From assembly GCA_964604135.1 (NCBI GenBank), contig CAZRXU010000003.1, positions 1 through 62,837 on the forward strand: DNA of 62,837 bases, in the 5' to 3' direction. The notes beneath the pieces are model-generated. The model saw nothing but the letters and a program-made list of their open reading frames with translations. It had not been told where the DNA came from and made no database searches. Positions 38,616 to 48,025 of the stretch are shown one piece after another. The stretch comes from an uncultured bacterium (GTDB taxonomy: Bacteria; Fermentibacterota; Fermentibacteria; Fermentibacterales; JCC-6). Every line of letters begins with the position of its first letter. Position 1 is the first letter of the stretch. The position numbers and the translations under genes were made by a program.

Positions 38616-39631
38616 CCTCGCCATTCAATGGTGTTCGGTGCTGAAATTACTCCCTTCTCGCACACGATGGAAGTAATTAATTTAACAGGAGTAACGTCAA
38701 ATGCAGGGTTATAAACACCAACACCATCAGGTATGATCTTTTCCCCTCCACAGACAGCCAGCTCTTCTCTGCCCCTCTCCTCTATTTCGATAGAACTTCC
38801 GTCAGCAGCTTCCGGATCAAATGTGGAAACAGGTGCCACTACATAGAAAGGCACACCGGCCTCAAAAGCCGCCAGAGCCAAGGGGTATGTTCCTATTTTG
38901 TTGGCAGAATCTCCATTCATGGCTATTCTGTCCGCACCTGTAATTACAGCATCAACAGCTCCTGTCAGAAGCAGCGAAGCAGCAGCAGAATCAGGAAGAA
39001 CCTTCACAGGAATACCTGCCTTGTGCAGCTCCCACGAGGTAAGTCTGGCCCCTTGAAGAAGCGGCCTTGTTTCATCGGCGAAAACACCGGAGAGAATTCC
39101 CCTGGAAAAAGCTTCATAAATTACTGAAAGAGCTGTACCAAGACCTGCCGTTGCGAGCCCTCCGGCATTACAATGGGTAAGAACAGTACACCCCTCGGGA
39201 AGCAGATCAGCACCCAGATTGCCCATTACCCTGCTTGCCTCCAGATCTTCCCTGAATAGCTTTTGAGCGCTGATCAACAGACGCTCTACAGCATCAGATT
39301 TCGATATTGAAGAAAGTAGAATCTCTCTCTGAATATCGAGACAGTGAAACAGATTTACAGCAGTGGGTCTTGTTGAAGCGAGCAGATCCAGCTGGCTGCT
39401 GCATTGCTTCACATACTCGGATGATTCCGGAGTTTCCATGGCGGCGATAACAGCACCGTATGCCGCCGCCACACCAATTGCCGGGGCCCCACGAACTGCA
39501 AGTGTTCTGATCGCTTCTGCAAGCACTGTTGTTGATTTACAAAAGATATATGTTTCTTCCGAAGGAAGAAGTCTCTGATCCAGTAGCACCAGATGATGAT
39601 CACGCCACTCAAGGGTTGGAACGGGTATCAC
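38612..39631 (-). CDS. mtnA: S-methyl-5-thioribose-1-phosphate isomerase
   Basis: LDQRLLP, VRGAPAIG, TRPTAVNL, LTHCNAGGLAT.G.GTAL, DETRPLLQGARLTSWEL, GADRIA.NGD.ANKIGTY, NPAFDVTP. Confidence 0.95.
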   Translation of the reverse strand: MIPVPTLEWRDHHLVLLDQRLLPSEETYIFCKSTTVLAEAIRTLAVRGAPAIGVAAAYGAVIAAMETPESSEYVKQCSSQLDLLASTRPTAVNLFHCLDIQREILLSSISKSDAVERLLISAQKLFREDLEASRVMGNLGADLLPEGCTVLTHCNAGGLATAGLGTALSVIYEAFSRGILSGVFADETRPLLQGARLTSWELHKAGIPVKVLPDSAAASLLLTGAVDAVITGADRIAMNGDSANKIGTYPLALAAFEAGVPFYVVAPVSTFDPEAADGSSIEIEERGREELAVCGGEKIIPDGVGVYNPAFDVTPVKLITSIVCEKGVISAPNTIEWRG

Positions 39632-40176
39632 TTCACACCACCGGTATTAAGAATTTCCTCACAAACCTGCACGATATCGGCAGGTTCCACCATTCTGCCT
39701 TCTCCGGTGGTTCCGCATGCAAGGCTGCCGGAAACGGGGCCTGCAAAACTGACACCCCGGGAATGAAGAGTTTTCACATTTTCCTGAACAGCTGGATTGT
39801 TCCACATTCTAGTATTCATTGCCGGCGCAATCAGAACCGGTGCTGAACAGGCTAAAAAAGATGTGGTAAGAAGATCGTCAGCAAGACCACAGGCAGCTCT
39901 CGCAAGAAAATGAGCAGTTGCCGGAGCAATAACCATCAGGTCTGCATTGTCTGTAAGGGTGATATGGGGAATGGAATCGCCAGAAAATGGTGAAAACATA
40001 TCTGTGTAACATGGTGTTCCGGAAACAGATGAAAGCTGCACTGCAGTAACAAACTCTGTGGCGGCCCTTGTTAGTATGCAGTTTACCGTGTGACCCGACT
40101 TCCTCAGCAGTGAAGCAACACTGACAGCCTTAAAAGCAGCAGCACCGCCGGTTACTCCAAGAAGGATTTCAGCCAT
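39628..40176 (-). CDS. coaC: Stand-alone phosphopantothenoylcysteine decarboxylase (CoaC flavoprotein domain only)
   Basis: ATG 40176 (TGATG overlap); ILLGVTGG.AAFK, IAPATA..LA..A.G.ADDLL, APAMNTRMW, LACG..G.GRM; ends at ~182 aa with no CoaB domain. Confidence 0.85.
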   Translation of the reverse strand: MAEILLGVTGGAAAFKAVSVASLLRKSGHTVNCILTRAATEFVTAVQLSSVSGTPCYTDMFSPFSGDSIPHITLTDNADLMVIAPATAHFLARAACGLADDLLTTSFLACSAPVLIAPAMNTRMWNNPAVQENVKTLHSRGVSFAGPVSGSLACGTTGEGRMVEPADIVQVCEEILNTGGVK

Positions 40177-40943
40177 CAGTTCCCTTCCTCTCTGTTTTTT
40201 CGCCCGATCTCGTTTATTCCGAGCAGTGTAAGTTCCGGGCATATCCTGAATTTGTTCCTGCATTTATCTCCAAGAGCGGTTCCCCACCCTCCAGTAGCCC
40301 ATAGTTCTGGAGCAGAGTCCAGCTCGGACGAGATCAGGTCTATGATGTAATCAGCTGCACCAACGGCGCTGAAAAGAACGCCTGACCTGATTGCGTCTGC
40401 GGTTGTTCTTCCCACAACGCTTTCAGGAAACGAAAGATCTATGGGGTTCAGTCTTTCAGCCTTCTTAAACAGCTCCCCGGCAGATGTTCCCACCCCGGGG
40501 CTTATTGCCCCTCCAAGATACCTTCCTCTGCTGTCGATCACATCAAAAGTTGTTGCTGTTCCGAAGTCCACCACAATGGCGGGAAGCTTACCGGATATTG
40601 CTGCAGCAACAGCGTTAGCAAGCCTGTCCGGCCCTATTTCATGGGGATACCTGTAGCTTAGTTCAATTCCGGCTGTGGCAGAAGACACATCTACCGGTGT
40701 AATTTCCAGCCATTTCCTGCACATGTTGATAATTGTGTGGTGAACCTGGGGAACAACGCAGGCAAAGGCAACATCATCAGGTTCAGAATAATTCTCTCCC
40801 CGAAGAAGTGCCTCTGTGTAAATTCTGAACTCATCAGCAGTCCACCTCTGGGTTCTGATTCTCCACTGCTCCAGAAGGCTGTCGCCTTCAAAAAGGGCAA
40901 GTGCTGTTTTCGTGTTTCCCACATCAATAGCAAGTCTTCTCAT
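40176..40943 (-). CDS. coaX: Type III pantothenate kinase
   Basis: LAIDVGNTKT, EIGPDRLANAVAA, IVVDFGTATTFD, YLGGAISPG, VGRTT..AIRSG, ATGG. Confidence 0.93.
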   Translation of the reverse strand: MRRLAIDVGNTKTALALFEGDSLLEQWRIRTQRWTADEFRIYTEALLRGENYSEPDDVAFACVVPQVHHTIINMCRKWLEITPVDVSSATAGIELSYRYPHEIGPDRLANAVAAAISGKLPAIVVDFGTATTFDVIDSRGRYLGGAISPGVGTSAGELFKKAERLNPIDLSFPESVVGRTTADAIRSGVLFSAVGAADYIIDLISSELDSAPELWATGGWGTALGDKCRNKFRICPELTLLGINEIGRKNREEGN

Positions 40944-41815
40944 TTATCTTCCTTCGTGTACAACCAGTCAAGACCAACGTCCGATGACTTTACCGAGTGA
41001 GTCAGCATACCAACGGAAATACCATCAACCCCTGTTTCCGCCACAGCGCGAACTGTTTCCAGCGTAATTCCACCAGAAGCTTCAAGGTATATACCGGTTT
41101 CCGCAGCCAGCAGGACTGCTTTCCGAAGCTGGTCTGCTGACATGTTATCAAGAAGAATCCTGTCAGGTTCAAGGGGAATAACAGCCTGCAACTGAGCCAC
41201 AGAGTCAACTTCTATTTCAAAGGGAATATTCCTTCTGCGCAGTCTTTCCACAACAGGCGCAAGACTTTCGGCACCACCTGCTGCAGCAAGGTGGTTGTCT
41301 TTCAGCATAGCCATATCCGCAAGCGAAAACCGGTGGTTTACCCCCCCTCCCATACGAACTGCATACTTTTCAAGTGCCCGCATACAGGGAGTTGTTTTTC
41401 TGGTATCGAGTATTTCAACACCTGTACCTTCGCAGATTCGAACAAACTTCGCGGTTTCAGTTGCAATACCGCACAGCCGCCCGAGGATGTTAAGAAATAT
41501 CCTCTCGCCGCGAAGTATCGACGCAGCCGGGCCGTAGATGCCGGCAATATTCCCGCCAGCCCCGATACTTTCCCCCTCTTCAGCAAAACTCTCTACCCGG
41601 ATGCTTCCCGGTATCAGGGGAAAAACTGCTGATGCAAGTTTTACACCTGCCACCACAATGTTTTCCCTGGCGTTAACAATGCATGAAACCGTGGTGTTAC
41701 CCGATTCGGCCAGTGCACCCGAAGCCTCATCATCCAGCGCTCTATCTTCAAGCACTGCATTTTTTACCAGCACTTCAACTACAGCAACAGGATCAGTCCA
41801 GTCAACAGAATTCAT
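40940..41815 (-). CDS. nadC: Quinolinate phosphoribosyltransferase
   Basis: ILRGERIFLN, ILDTRKTTP..RALEKYAV..GGG.NHRF.L.D..MLKDNH, IEVDS, ILLDNM, EASGGIT, ISVG.LTHS. Confidence 0.95.
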   Translation of the reverse strand: MNSVDWTDPVAVVEVLVKNAVLEDRALDDEASGALAESGNTTVSCIVNARENIVVAGVKLASAVFPLIPGSIRVESFAEEGESIGAGGNIAGIYGPAASILRGERIFLNILGRLCGIATETAKFVRICEGTGVEILDTRKTTPCMRALEKYAVRMGGGVNHRFSLADMAMLKDNHLAAAGGAESLAPVVERLRRRNIPFEIEVDSVAQLQAVIPLEPDRILLDNMSADQLRKAVLLAAETGIYLEASGGITLETVRAVAETGVDGISVGMLTHSVKSSDVGLDWLYTKEDK

Positions 41816-43227
41816 TAAATCCCCTTCGCAATACCTGTGTTCCCGTAAACAACAGTACCGTTTTTCATTGTTGTCTCAACTGCAATACCTTCCAGGTTCT
41901 CAAATGGGTTACCGGAAAGGAAGATCATGTCTGCTACCCTGCCTGCTGCCAGGGGAACTGCCAGATGGGCCAGCCCGGATATAGAAGCAGAACTCAGAGT
42001 GTACGCGTACAGCGCCTCGTGAACAGACAGCGACTGGCTGTTTGCTCTGTGGTGTACTGCACCGGAAAGGCCGAAAAGCGGGTCAAGCGGCATACTGTCA
42101 CTTCCAAAACCAAGCCTGAAACCGGAATCAACCACAGTTTTGAAAGGATTCAGCGCGGCAGCCCGGCCAGGTGTGAGAACTCTGTCATACATTCCGCCAG
42201 GTTTTTGCCATCTTTTTACAAAGTTGGGCTGCATACTGAAAATATGGTGTTCCCTACTCCATGTTCCAGGCCACGCGCGAAGCAGTTCCTCTGCATGTTC
42301 AACCCGTACACTGAACCCGTGCCCCAGTGCTTTAAAAACCTCACCGGAAACACGGTCAAGCTGTTGCAGTGCTTCCCCGCCAATGGCATGAACCGCTGCC
42401 GAAAGACCCAACTCGCCGCAGCGAAGAAGCAATGAGAAAAGCATGCTGTCGGAATAATTTAATACACCTGCAGTTCCTGCACCGAACGAACCGTCAAGAA
42501 ACAACTTGACAGTCTGCACAGACAGTCTGTCTTCAGGAAGATCATCAACGCTTTCCACTGTCACGGCCACACTCCTGTCCAGCCGGGAATCAGATTTTAG
42601 AACAAGCTCTGCGCCGTGTGACGATTCGAAAGAGCAGACACCTGTAACTCCGCATGCGAATATTTCAGATTCCACATCAGAAACCGCACCGGCAAGAACA
42701 CTGTCAGACAGAGGAAACAAACTCTCGAAATTCAACACAGGCCACTCCTGCAACACACCGGTTTTCCTGTTTACTCCCGGAACGCTGTTCTTAAGAAGTT
42801 GCAGCAGTGCCGAGTTTGCCAGAGCAGTGTGCCCGCACACACGACGCAGAAACACCGGAATGCCACCGCTTGCCGCGTCAAGCTGAGCAAGGGTTGGCAG
42901 TTCACCATTCTTCCAGCCGCTCTCGTCGAAAGACTCACCCCTGATTACAGTGCCGCCGGCTACAGGTTCAGCAGACCACACAACAGACAGAAGTTCTTCG
43001 GCGGAACGAACCCGGGACAGATCTAAAGAGGCCTTCTTCACAACCATCCATGTGAGGTGTGTGTGGGCATCCACAAATGAGGGCATGGCAAATTTACAAT
43101 CAAAAGTGCCTGAGGGAGAACAGTTCTGTATCGATGAAATTACCCCGGAATCATTGATAAACACAGAGACATTCGAAATACATGAACCTGTTCCTGTCCA
43201 CAGATTGCGACAGTTAATTCTCTGCAT
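41815..43227 (-). CDS. Amidohydrolase family 3 (YtcJ-like) metal-dependent hydrolase
   Basis: PSFVDAHTH, RRVCGHTALANS, KLFLDGS, VHAIG, RVEHAE, SMQP, FGSD.P..P, YT..SA, GRVADM..L..NP. Confidence 0.85.
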   Translation of the reverse strand: MQRINCRNLWTGTGSCISNVSVFINDSGVISSIQNCSPSGTFDCKFAMPSFVDAHTHLTWMVVKKASLDLSRVRSAEELLSVVWSAEPVAGGTVIRGESFDESGWKNGELPTLAQLDAASGGIPVFLRRVCGHTALANSALLQLLKNSVPGVNRKTGVLQEWPVLNFESLFPLSDSVLAGAVSDVESEIFACGVTGVCSFESSHGAELVLKSDSRLDRSVAVTVESVDDLPEDRLSVQTVKLFLDGSFGAGTAGVLNYSDSMLFSLLLRCGELGLSAAVHAIGGEALQQLDRVSGEVFKALGHGFSVRVEHAEELLRAWPGTWSREHHIFSMQPNFVKRWQKPGGMYDRVLTPGRAAALNPFKTVVDSGFRLGFGSDSMPLDPLFGLSGAVHHRANSQSLSVHEALYAYTLSSASISGLAHLAVPLAAGRVADMIFLSGNPFENLEGIAVETTMKNGTVVYGNTGIAKGI

Positions 43228-44074
43228 TGCGGGTATCCTGAATGTATTTAAACATCAGATCAATGATCTCGCTTTTTACCTCAAACTTAAAATAGGTATG
43301 GTTACCCCTGCGCTCAATTTCACTTACCCTTCCCCTTATCTCTGCCTTTACAAAACCGTATGGAGGGGAGGGGCCATCGGCGAATTCACTGCTGTCTGTG
43401 TTGGGATCCTTTATTTCCCTGGCTTCAATATCGGTGGGGTTGCTGAAACTGAACCACTTTTTAAGCAGTATATAGTTACCTCCAAGAATAGCTGATCTTG
43501 ACGGGAAGTGAACATCAATCACAGTAGTCGAAACAATCTTACTGTTCCCTTTCTTAAAAAGAACAGCCTGATTTCGTCCAGCTGATTTCGCATTGTACAA
43601 AGCCTGATCGGAACAAACTATCAGTTCTGAGCCTGCAACTGAATCTGTTGAAGCCACTCCCAGAGATATCTGAACTGAAAGAGGCTGTTCCTCCCCTTTT
43701 ACAATAGCCTTTACCGCAGAGTTTTCCACAACAGAACACAGTCTCGCAGCAGTAGCCAACCCCTCTGGCCCTGTGGTGTTAAGCATCAGAACAGTAATTT
43801 CCTCTCCCCCGTAGCGGTATGCCTCTCCTCTGAATTTTACTGCCTCCCTGATCAGTGCAGACACATGCCTTAAAACCTTGTCTCCAATGTCATGGCCATA
43901 CTTGTCGTTGAATTTCTTGAAGTGGTCAATGTCTATCATTATGGAACACACAGGCAACCCGGCTGTACCCATTGATCTTAGCAGCACAGGCAAATCATGA
44001 TCAAGCATTTTTCTGGGTGGAAGCCCGGTTACAGTATCAAGCTCGACCATTCTGGGAAAACAAACTCTGTCCAT
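43214..44074 (-). CDS. Diguanylate cyclase (GGDEF) with an unrecognised C-terminal domain and no N-terminal sensor
   Basis: DTVTGL, IMIDIDHFKKFNDKYGHDIGDKVL, YRYGGEEI, ISLGVA, SDQALYNAKSAGRN; no RxxD I-site (RGEA). Confidence 0.9.
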   Translation of the reverse strand: MDRVCFPRMVELDTVTGLPPRKMLDHDLPVLLRSMGTAGLPVCSIMIDIDHFKKFNDKYGHDIGDKVLRHVSALIREAVKFRGEAYRYGGEEITVLMLNTTGPEGLATAARLCSVVENSAVKAIVKGEEQPLSVQISLGVASTDSVAGSELIVCSDQALYNAKSAGRNQAVLFKKGNSKIVSTTVIDVHFPSRSAILGGNYILLKKWFSFSNPTDIEAREIKDPNTDSSEFADGPSPPYGFVKAEIRGRVSEIERRGNHTYFKFEVKSEIIDLMFKYIQDTRNAEN

Positions 44075-44127
44075 AAAGCCTCCGGAGGGGATTAATTACC
44101 AGTAATAATAACCCCAAAATACAGGAA

Positions 44128-44170
44128 TCAACAGGTGGTTGTTGACCGGCTCAACTCAAATGGGTAGAGT
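44128..44170 (+). promoter_or_regulatory. Sigma70-type promoter of the lipoprotein array with a palindrome over the -35 box
   Basis: TTGACC (44142-47)-N17-TAGAGT (44165-70); TCAACA-N6-TGTTGA inverted repeat at 44128-44145. Confidence 0.55.
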
Positions 44171-44217
44171 TCTCTCTGGAGAGTCGTCTCGGGAATGAAA
44201 CGGGAAAGGAGTTCACC

Positions 44218-44994
44218 TTGAAAAATCAGCTTACGGTTTCTGTCTTTCTCCTCCTGGCAGTTGCGTGTATCGGATGGAACAGTGACCAGAGAGAAGTTGT
44301 TAACAGTTACAACGCGTTAACAAATAATGCTGCCGATGAGAACTGGCATGCTCTTGTCCGCGGTTTGTCTGATGAAACAGCAACTCTCCTCGACGAAATC
44401 GCAGAAATCTACACTGCCGCCGGAGCTCCCTTCAACAACCAGGGCGAGAAACTGCTTGCTTCTCTTGTTTCAGAAACAGATTTTCTTGTGTTCTCTGACA
44501 TTGTGATATCTGTTGAATTTCGCAATGAGAAAGCATACCTTGTTTCGGGAGAGGGCAGCGATGCCACGGTATACACATTCATCAAAGACGACGGCAGATG
44601 GAAACTGGATCTCGTTCAGGATCTCACGCATTACATCAACGAAGCCATGGAAGGAACCGGGCTACCCAATAACGATTCCGGCCAGACTGATTCACCCACA
44701 TACATATCAATCGGCAGTGGCAACTGCGAGTTAGCCTTAAGAAACGATCTCGAAAATCTCTCCATTTGGAACGTGTACTGCTCACCAAGCAACAGCGACT
44801 CGTGGGGTGAAGACTGGCTGCAATCAAGTATTCTGGGCACAGGAGCAGAAATGGGAATCTGGCTGGACAGCGGTGTTTACGATATTAGGGTTGTAGACTC
44901 CGGCGAACATGTGTACACGCTCTGGCAGATTGAACTTGACGAAAACGGAGCGTTCTGGCCGGTAACAGCCCTGGATCGGGATGAAGCAAACTAA
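44218..44994 (+). CDS. Lipoprotein: NTF2/DUF4878-like N-domain plus one copy of the acidic ~90-aa array domain
   Basis: TTG after AAAGGAG; lipobox VAC; YTFIKDDGRWKLD; C-terminal NDLENLSIWNVYCSPS..DSWGEDWL...GVYDIRVVD...W.V. Confidence 0.75.
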   Translation: MKNQLTVSVFLLLAVACIGWNSDQREVVNSYNALTNNAADENWHALVRGLSDETATLLDEIAEIYTAAGAPFNNQGEKLLASLVSETDFLVFSDIVISVEFRNEKAYLVSGEGSDATVYTFIKDDGRWKLDLVQDLTHYINEAMEGTGLPNNDSGQTDSPTYISIGSGNCELALRNDLENLSIWNVYCSPSNSDSWGEDWLQSSILGTGAEMGIWLDSGVYDIRVVDSGEHVYTLWQIELDENGAFWPVTALDRDEAN

Positions 44995-45970
44995 CAGCGT
45001 ACCGAAAACCACTGCTCCAAAAACCGTAAAGCTCATAATACCACTGATTGTGCTGGTTGCTGCTGCTGTATTTCTCCTTGAGCAGAACACAGACGAAAGC
45101 ACAAAACTCATTTTCGTAACAAACTCACTTCCCGATGTTGCTCTGAACAAGATTCTGCCGGATGGTGGAACTGCAGACCTTCTTGAGAGTGATCTCAGCC
45201 CGGGCAAAACAGTTCAACTATCTGTTGCTGCCGGATGTTCAGAACTGACCGCATCAGATTCTGACGGAGGAGTGTACCGATTCAGCGTAGCATCCGCAGA
45301 CTCTGCTGATACCCTTCGAGTACAGATATCTATGGCAAATCGCAACACATTCGAACATATTACGGAGTCCGGGGGAGAATTCTACGCAGGAGCGGGAGAA
45401 TGCACCGTAATAATTACCAACGGGTTGATGTGGCATGATATCTGCAGCATCACCGTTACCAGAGATGAAGATGATTCTGCGAACAACTCGAATATACTCG
45501 AAACCTTCTCTATTCCTTCCGGGAAAGCGCTGAACACCAGAGTTCCCCGGGGCAGCTACACGGTTAATGCCACAGATGACATGAATAATCACTACAGCTG
45601 CAGAGTATCACTGACCCTGCCTGATCAGACAGCTGCAATATGTAACATCACGGAAAACTGCCTGTTGTTGACTATGAAGAGTTCTGGCTCTGGAAGCAGC
45701 AGACTGATTCTCTGCAATGCCCTCGGAGACTGGATAGTTACAGGTCTTTACCACAGAAACTCCGGTACAGAGAACTGGAGTGAAAACCATCTGGCGGCTT
45801 CCTGCATTGAGCCCAAGGAAATGTACTCTCTTCTGCTTGACCCGGGAGTATACGACATAAGAATAGTGGACGAAGACAACGACAGTTACACAAGGCACGA
45901 TATTGAAGTATCTGATGCGGGAAGCAGATGGAGTATCTCCATGGCTGATCTCGATCATTTTGTTCCGTAA
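44981..45970 (+). CDS. Membrane-anchored protein with three copies (two degenerate) of the array domain
   Basis: N-terminal TM LIIPLIVLVAAAVFLL; TNSLPD..., TNGLMWHDI..., CNALGDW...WSENHL...EP...GVYDIRIVDEDNDSYT...W.ISMADLD. Confidence 0.75.
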   Translation: MKQTNSVPKTTAPKTVKLIIPLIVLVAAAVFLLEQNTDESTKLIFVTNSLPDVALNKILPDGGTADLLESDLSPGKTVQLSVAAGCSELTASDSDGGVYRFSVASADSADTLRVQISMANRNTFEHITESGGEFYAGAGECTVIITNGLMWHDICSITVTRDEDDSANNSNILETFSIPSGKALNTRVPRGSYTVNATDDMNNHYSCRVSLTLPDQTAAICNITENCLLLTMKSSGSGSSRLILCNALGDWIVTGLYHRNSGTENWSENHLAASCIEPKEMYSLLLDPGVYDIRIVDEDNDSYTRHDIEVSDAGSRWSISMADLDHFVP

Positions 45971-46086
45971 CACAAGTGCTTCAATGAGCATGCAGGGTTT
46001 ACCTGAGAGGTATTCTGCCTTATTTTACGAAGCAGTGTAGCACAGCAGTGTCAGTGGTTGGCATTGCTCACACAGATGGAGGGATA

Positions 46087-46413
46087 ATGAAGAGGTTTTT
46101 AGTATTGCTTGTTGTTGCTCTTGTTGCAACTGTTGTTTCCGGCTGCGGTGGCGGTGTACCGGTGAAAATTACAAACGATCTTGGTGCATGGAACATTGAA
46201 GAGATTTACATTGATCCGGCTGAAAACGGCGAATGGAGCATCAACCGCATTAGTGAAAACATGAAACCTGGCGACGACATAACAATCAGTATTGCCGCTG
46301 GCACATACGACATCCAGATTGTCGATGAAGACGGCGACTCCTACACACGCTGGGAAATTGAAATTGGTTCAGACGGATACGACTGGGCTGTTTCCATTTC
46401 TGACATAGACTAG
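46087..46413 (+). CDS. Lipoprotein with a single array domain
   Basis: ATG 46087 after GGAGGG; lipobox VSGC; TNDLGAWNIEEIYIDP...PGD...GTYDIQIVDEDGDSYTRWEIEI...YDWAVSISDID. Confidence 0.8.
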   Translation: MKRFLVLLVVALVATVVSGCGGGVPVKITNDLGAWNIEEIYIDPAENGEWSINRISENMKPGDDITISIAAGTYDIQIVDEDGDSYTRWEIEIGSDGYDWAVSISDID

Positions 46414-46641
46414 AATTTCTGCATTACAGTTTCAGCACTGCTAAAACAGGCGGTGGTGTATCTGTTGTGTTGCCACGGCAGACACAAGATGAATAGATCA
46501 GTGTGTACCGCCAGGTTACAAAGTCGGTTCAAGCTGCATCCTCTGGTGATTTCTATCCGCAGCGGTCTTTACTCGGCTGCTGTGTTCCCTTATTGTCTTC
46601 TGTTCGGTGTGGTATTTTTTGAAAAACAAAAGGAGGGAAAG

Positions 46642-47577
46642 TTGAAGAAGTTTAATCTTGTTTTCGCGCTGCTGGCTCTGCCGGTACTGTTTCTTGCCTG
46701 CGGCAGCGGCGAGGCACCAGCAAACGACGCAACTGAAGAGGTCGAGGATGTAACTGTTGAGGCTACCATAGTCAACGGTCTTGAAGACTACGAAATAGCA
46801 GAAATCTGGATTGACCCGTCAGACGGTTCCTGGTCAGAGAACCTTATTACAGAAAACCTTCTCCCCGGAGAAGAATTTACAGTAACTCTTGACGAACCCG
46901 GTAGCTACGACCTCTGGGTTACAGACGAAGACGGTGATACCTACACAAAGTACAACATCGAAATTGACGAGAGCGACTACGAGTGGGAAGTTGTACTGGA
47001 AGACGGAGACTGGAATGTTCCTGAAACCACAGTAACCATCACGAACGGTCTTGGCGACTGGACAATCTATTTCGCATACTGCGACTACTCTTCGTCAGAC
47101 AGCTGGAGTGAAGACCGCCTTGGTTCCGAGGTTCTCGAGCCCGGCGAATCTATTTCTTTCACTGTTGATGCCAACGACAACTACGACTTCAAATGTATTG
47201 ATGAAGACGACGATGAATACTTCATGTGGGATGTCTGGGTAGGCGAGGATGGCTTTGAATGGAATGTGCAGCTTTCCGATATGGATACCAGCGTTGAGGA
47301 ACCCCAGGAAGGTGATGTTCCCATCACCATCCACAACGGTCTTGGCGACTGGACGATCTGGTATGTCTACGGTGACCCGAGTGATGGGCCCCAGGGCGAA
47401 GACCGCCTTGGTACCGAACTCATTGAGCCAGGTGAGGAATTCACTTTTTACGTTCCTGCCGGCAGCACCTACGACCTCAGGGTAGAGGACGAAGACAGCG
47501 ACACCTACACACTGCGTGGCATTGAGATTGCTGAAGACGGTTACTACTGGGAAGTTGAACTCTCCGACATGGACTAG
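46642..47577 (+). CDS. Highly acidic lipoprotein with three array domains
   Basis: TTG 46642 after AGGAGG; lipobox FLAC; three NGL...PGE...YD....DED.D.Y...W.V.L.D.D units. Confidence 0.85.
   Translation: MKKFNLVFALLALPVLFLACGSGEAPANDATEEVEDVTVEATIVNGLEDYEIAEIWIDPSDGSWSENLITENLLPGEEFTVTLDEPGSYDLWVTDEDGDTYTKYNIEIDESDYEWEVVLEDGDWNVPETTVTITNGLGDWTIYFAYCDYSSSDSWSEDRLGSEVLEPGESISFTVDANDNYDFKCIDEDDDEYFMWDVWVGEDGFEWNVQLSDMDTSVEEPQEGDVPITIHNGLGDWTIWYVYGDPSDGPQGEDRLGTELIEPGEEFTFYVPAGSTYDLRVEDEDSDTYTLRGIEIAEDGYYWEVELSDMD
47044..47412 (+). repeat. Intragenic DNA direct repeats marking a domain duplication
   Basis: AACGGTCTTGGCGACTGGAC(A/G)ATCT at 47044-47068 and 47335-47359 (24/25 identical); GAAGACCGCCTTGGT at 47110-47124 and 47398-47412. 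Confidence 0.8.
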
Positions 47578-47597
47578 GCTCACGCCCTAATTCATTT

Positions 47598-47626
47598 AAC
47601 AGGGGGCAATCCTGCCCCCTGTTTTT
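47598..47626 (+). terminator. Intrinsic terminator inside the array
   Basis: Perfect 11-bp stem AACAGGGGGCA-ATCC-TGCCCCCTGTT followed by a T run. Confidence 0.8.
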
Positions 47627-47647
47627 GTGTGCAATGAAAGGAATTGT

Positions 47648-47974
47648 ATGTCGAAACTGGTAATTGCAGCGTTTTTCATGTTTCTCGTTGCAACTGGATG
47701 CTACGACCCGGCAAAGGTCATCGTCACCAATGGACTGGAAAACAGGAATATAGAGTACGTATATGTCAGCAGTAGCTCCGAGGAAGAATGGGGCACAAGC
47801 AATCTTCCGAACTGGAAAGTGCTGAAACCGGGAGAGTCCCAGGAAATAACCGTTCTTCCGGATACATACGATTTACAGGCTGTTGATCAATACGGGGAAA
47901 CATACACGATATGGGATATTGAAATAGATACAGAAGACTACGAATGGGAAGTAGCTCCATCAGATATAGACTGA
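47648..47974 (+). CDS. Lipoprotein with a single array domain
   Basis: ATG 47648 after AAAGGA; lipobox ATGC; TNGLENRNIEYVYVSSS..EEWG..NL...LKPGE...YDLQAVDQYGETYT...YEWEV..SDID. Confidence 0.8.
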   Translation: MSKLVIAAFFMFLVATGCYDPAKVIVTNGLENRNIEYVYVSSSSEEEWGTSNLPNWKVLKPGESQEITVLPDTYDLQAVDQYGETYTIWDIEIDTEDYEWEVAPSDID

Positions 47975-48025
47975 CGGAATAAAACAGAGTCGTTCGGGTA
48001 AAACTGTTGAAGGGGGGCCGCATTT

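Noticed and set aside
41683-42435. 250-aa plus-strand ORF and other long shadow ORFs (e.g. 15448-15939, 33523-34029, 47095-47583)
   Set aside because: They lie antisense to or within well-supported genes and have non-protein-like composition.
44075-44217. c-di-GMP riboswitch ahead of the array
   Set aside because: No GGCAAAC/GAAA/GCAAAG c-di-GMP-I pattern or class II pattern visible.
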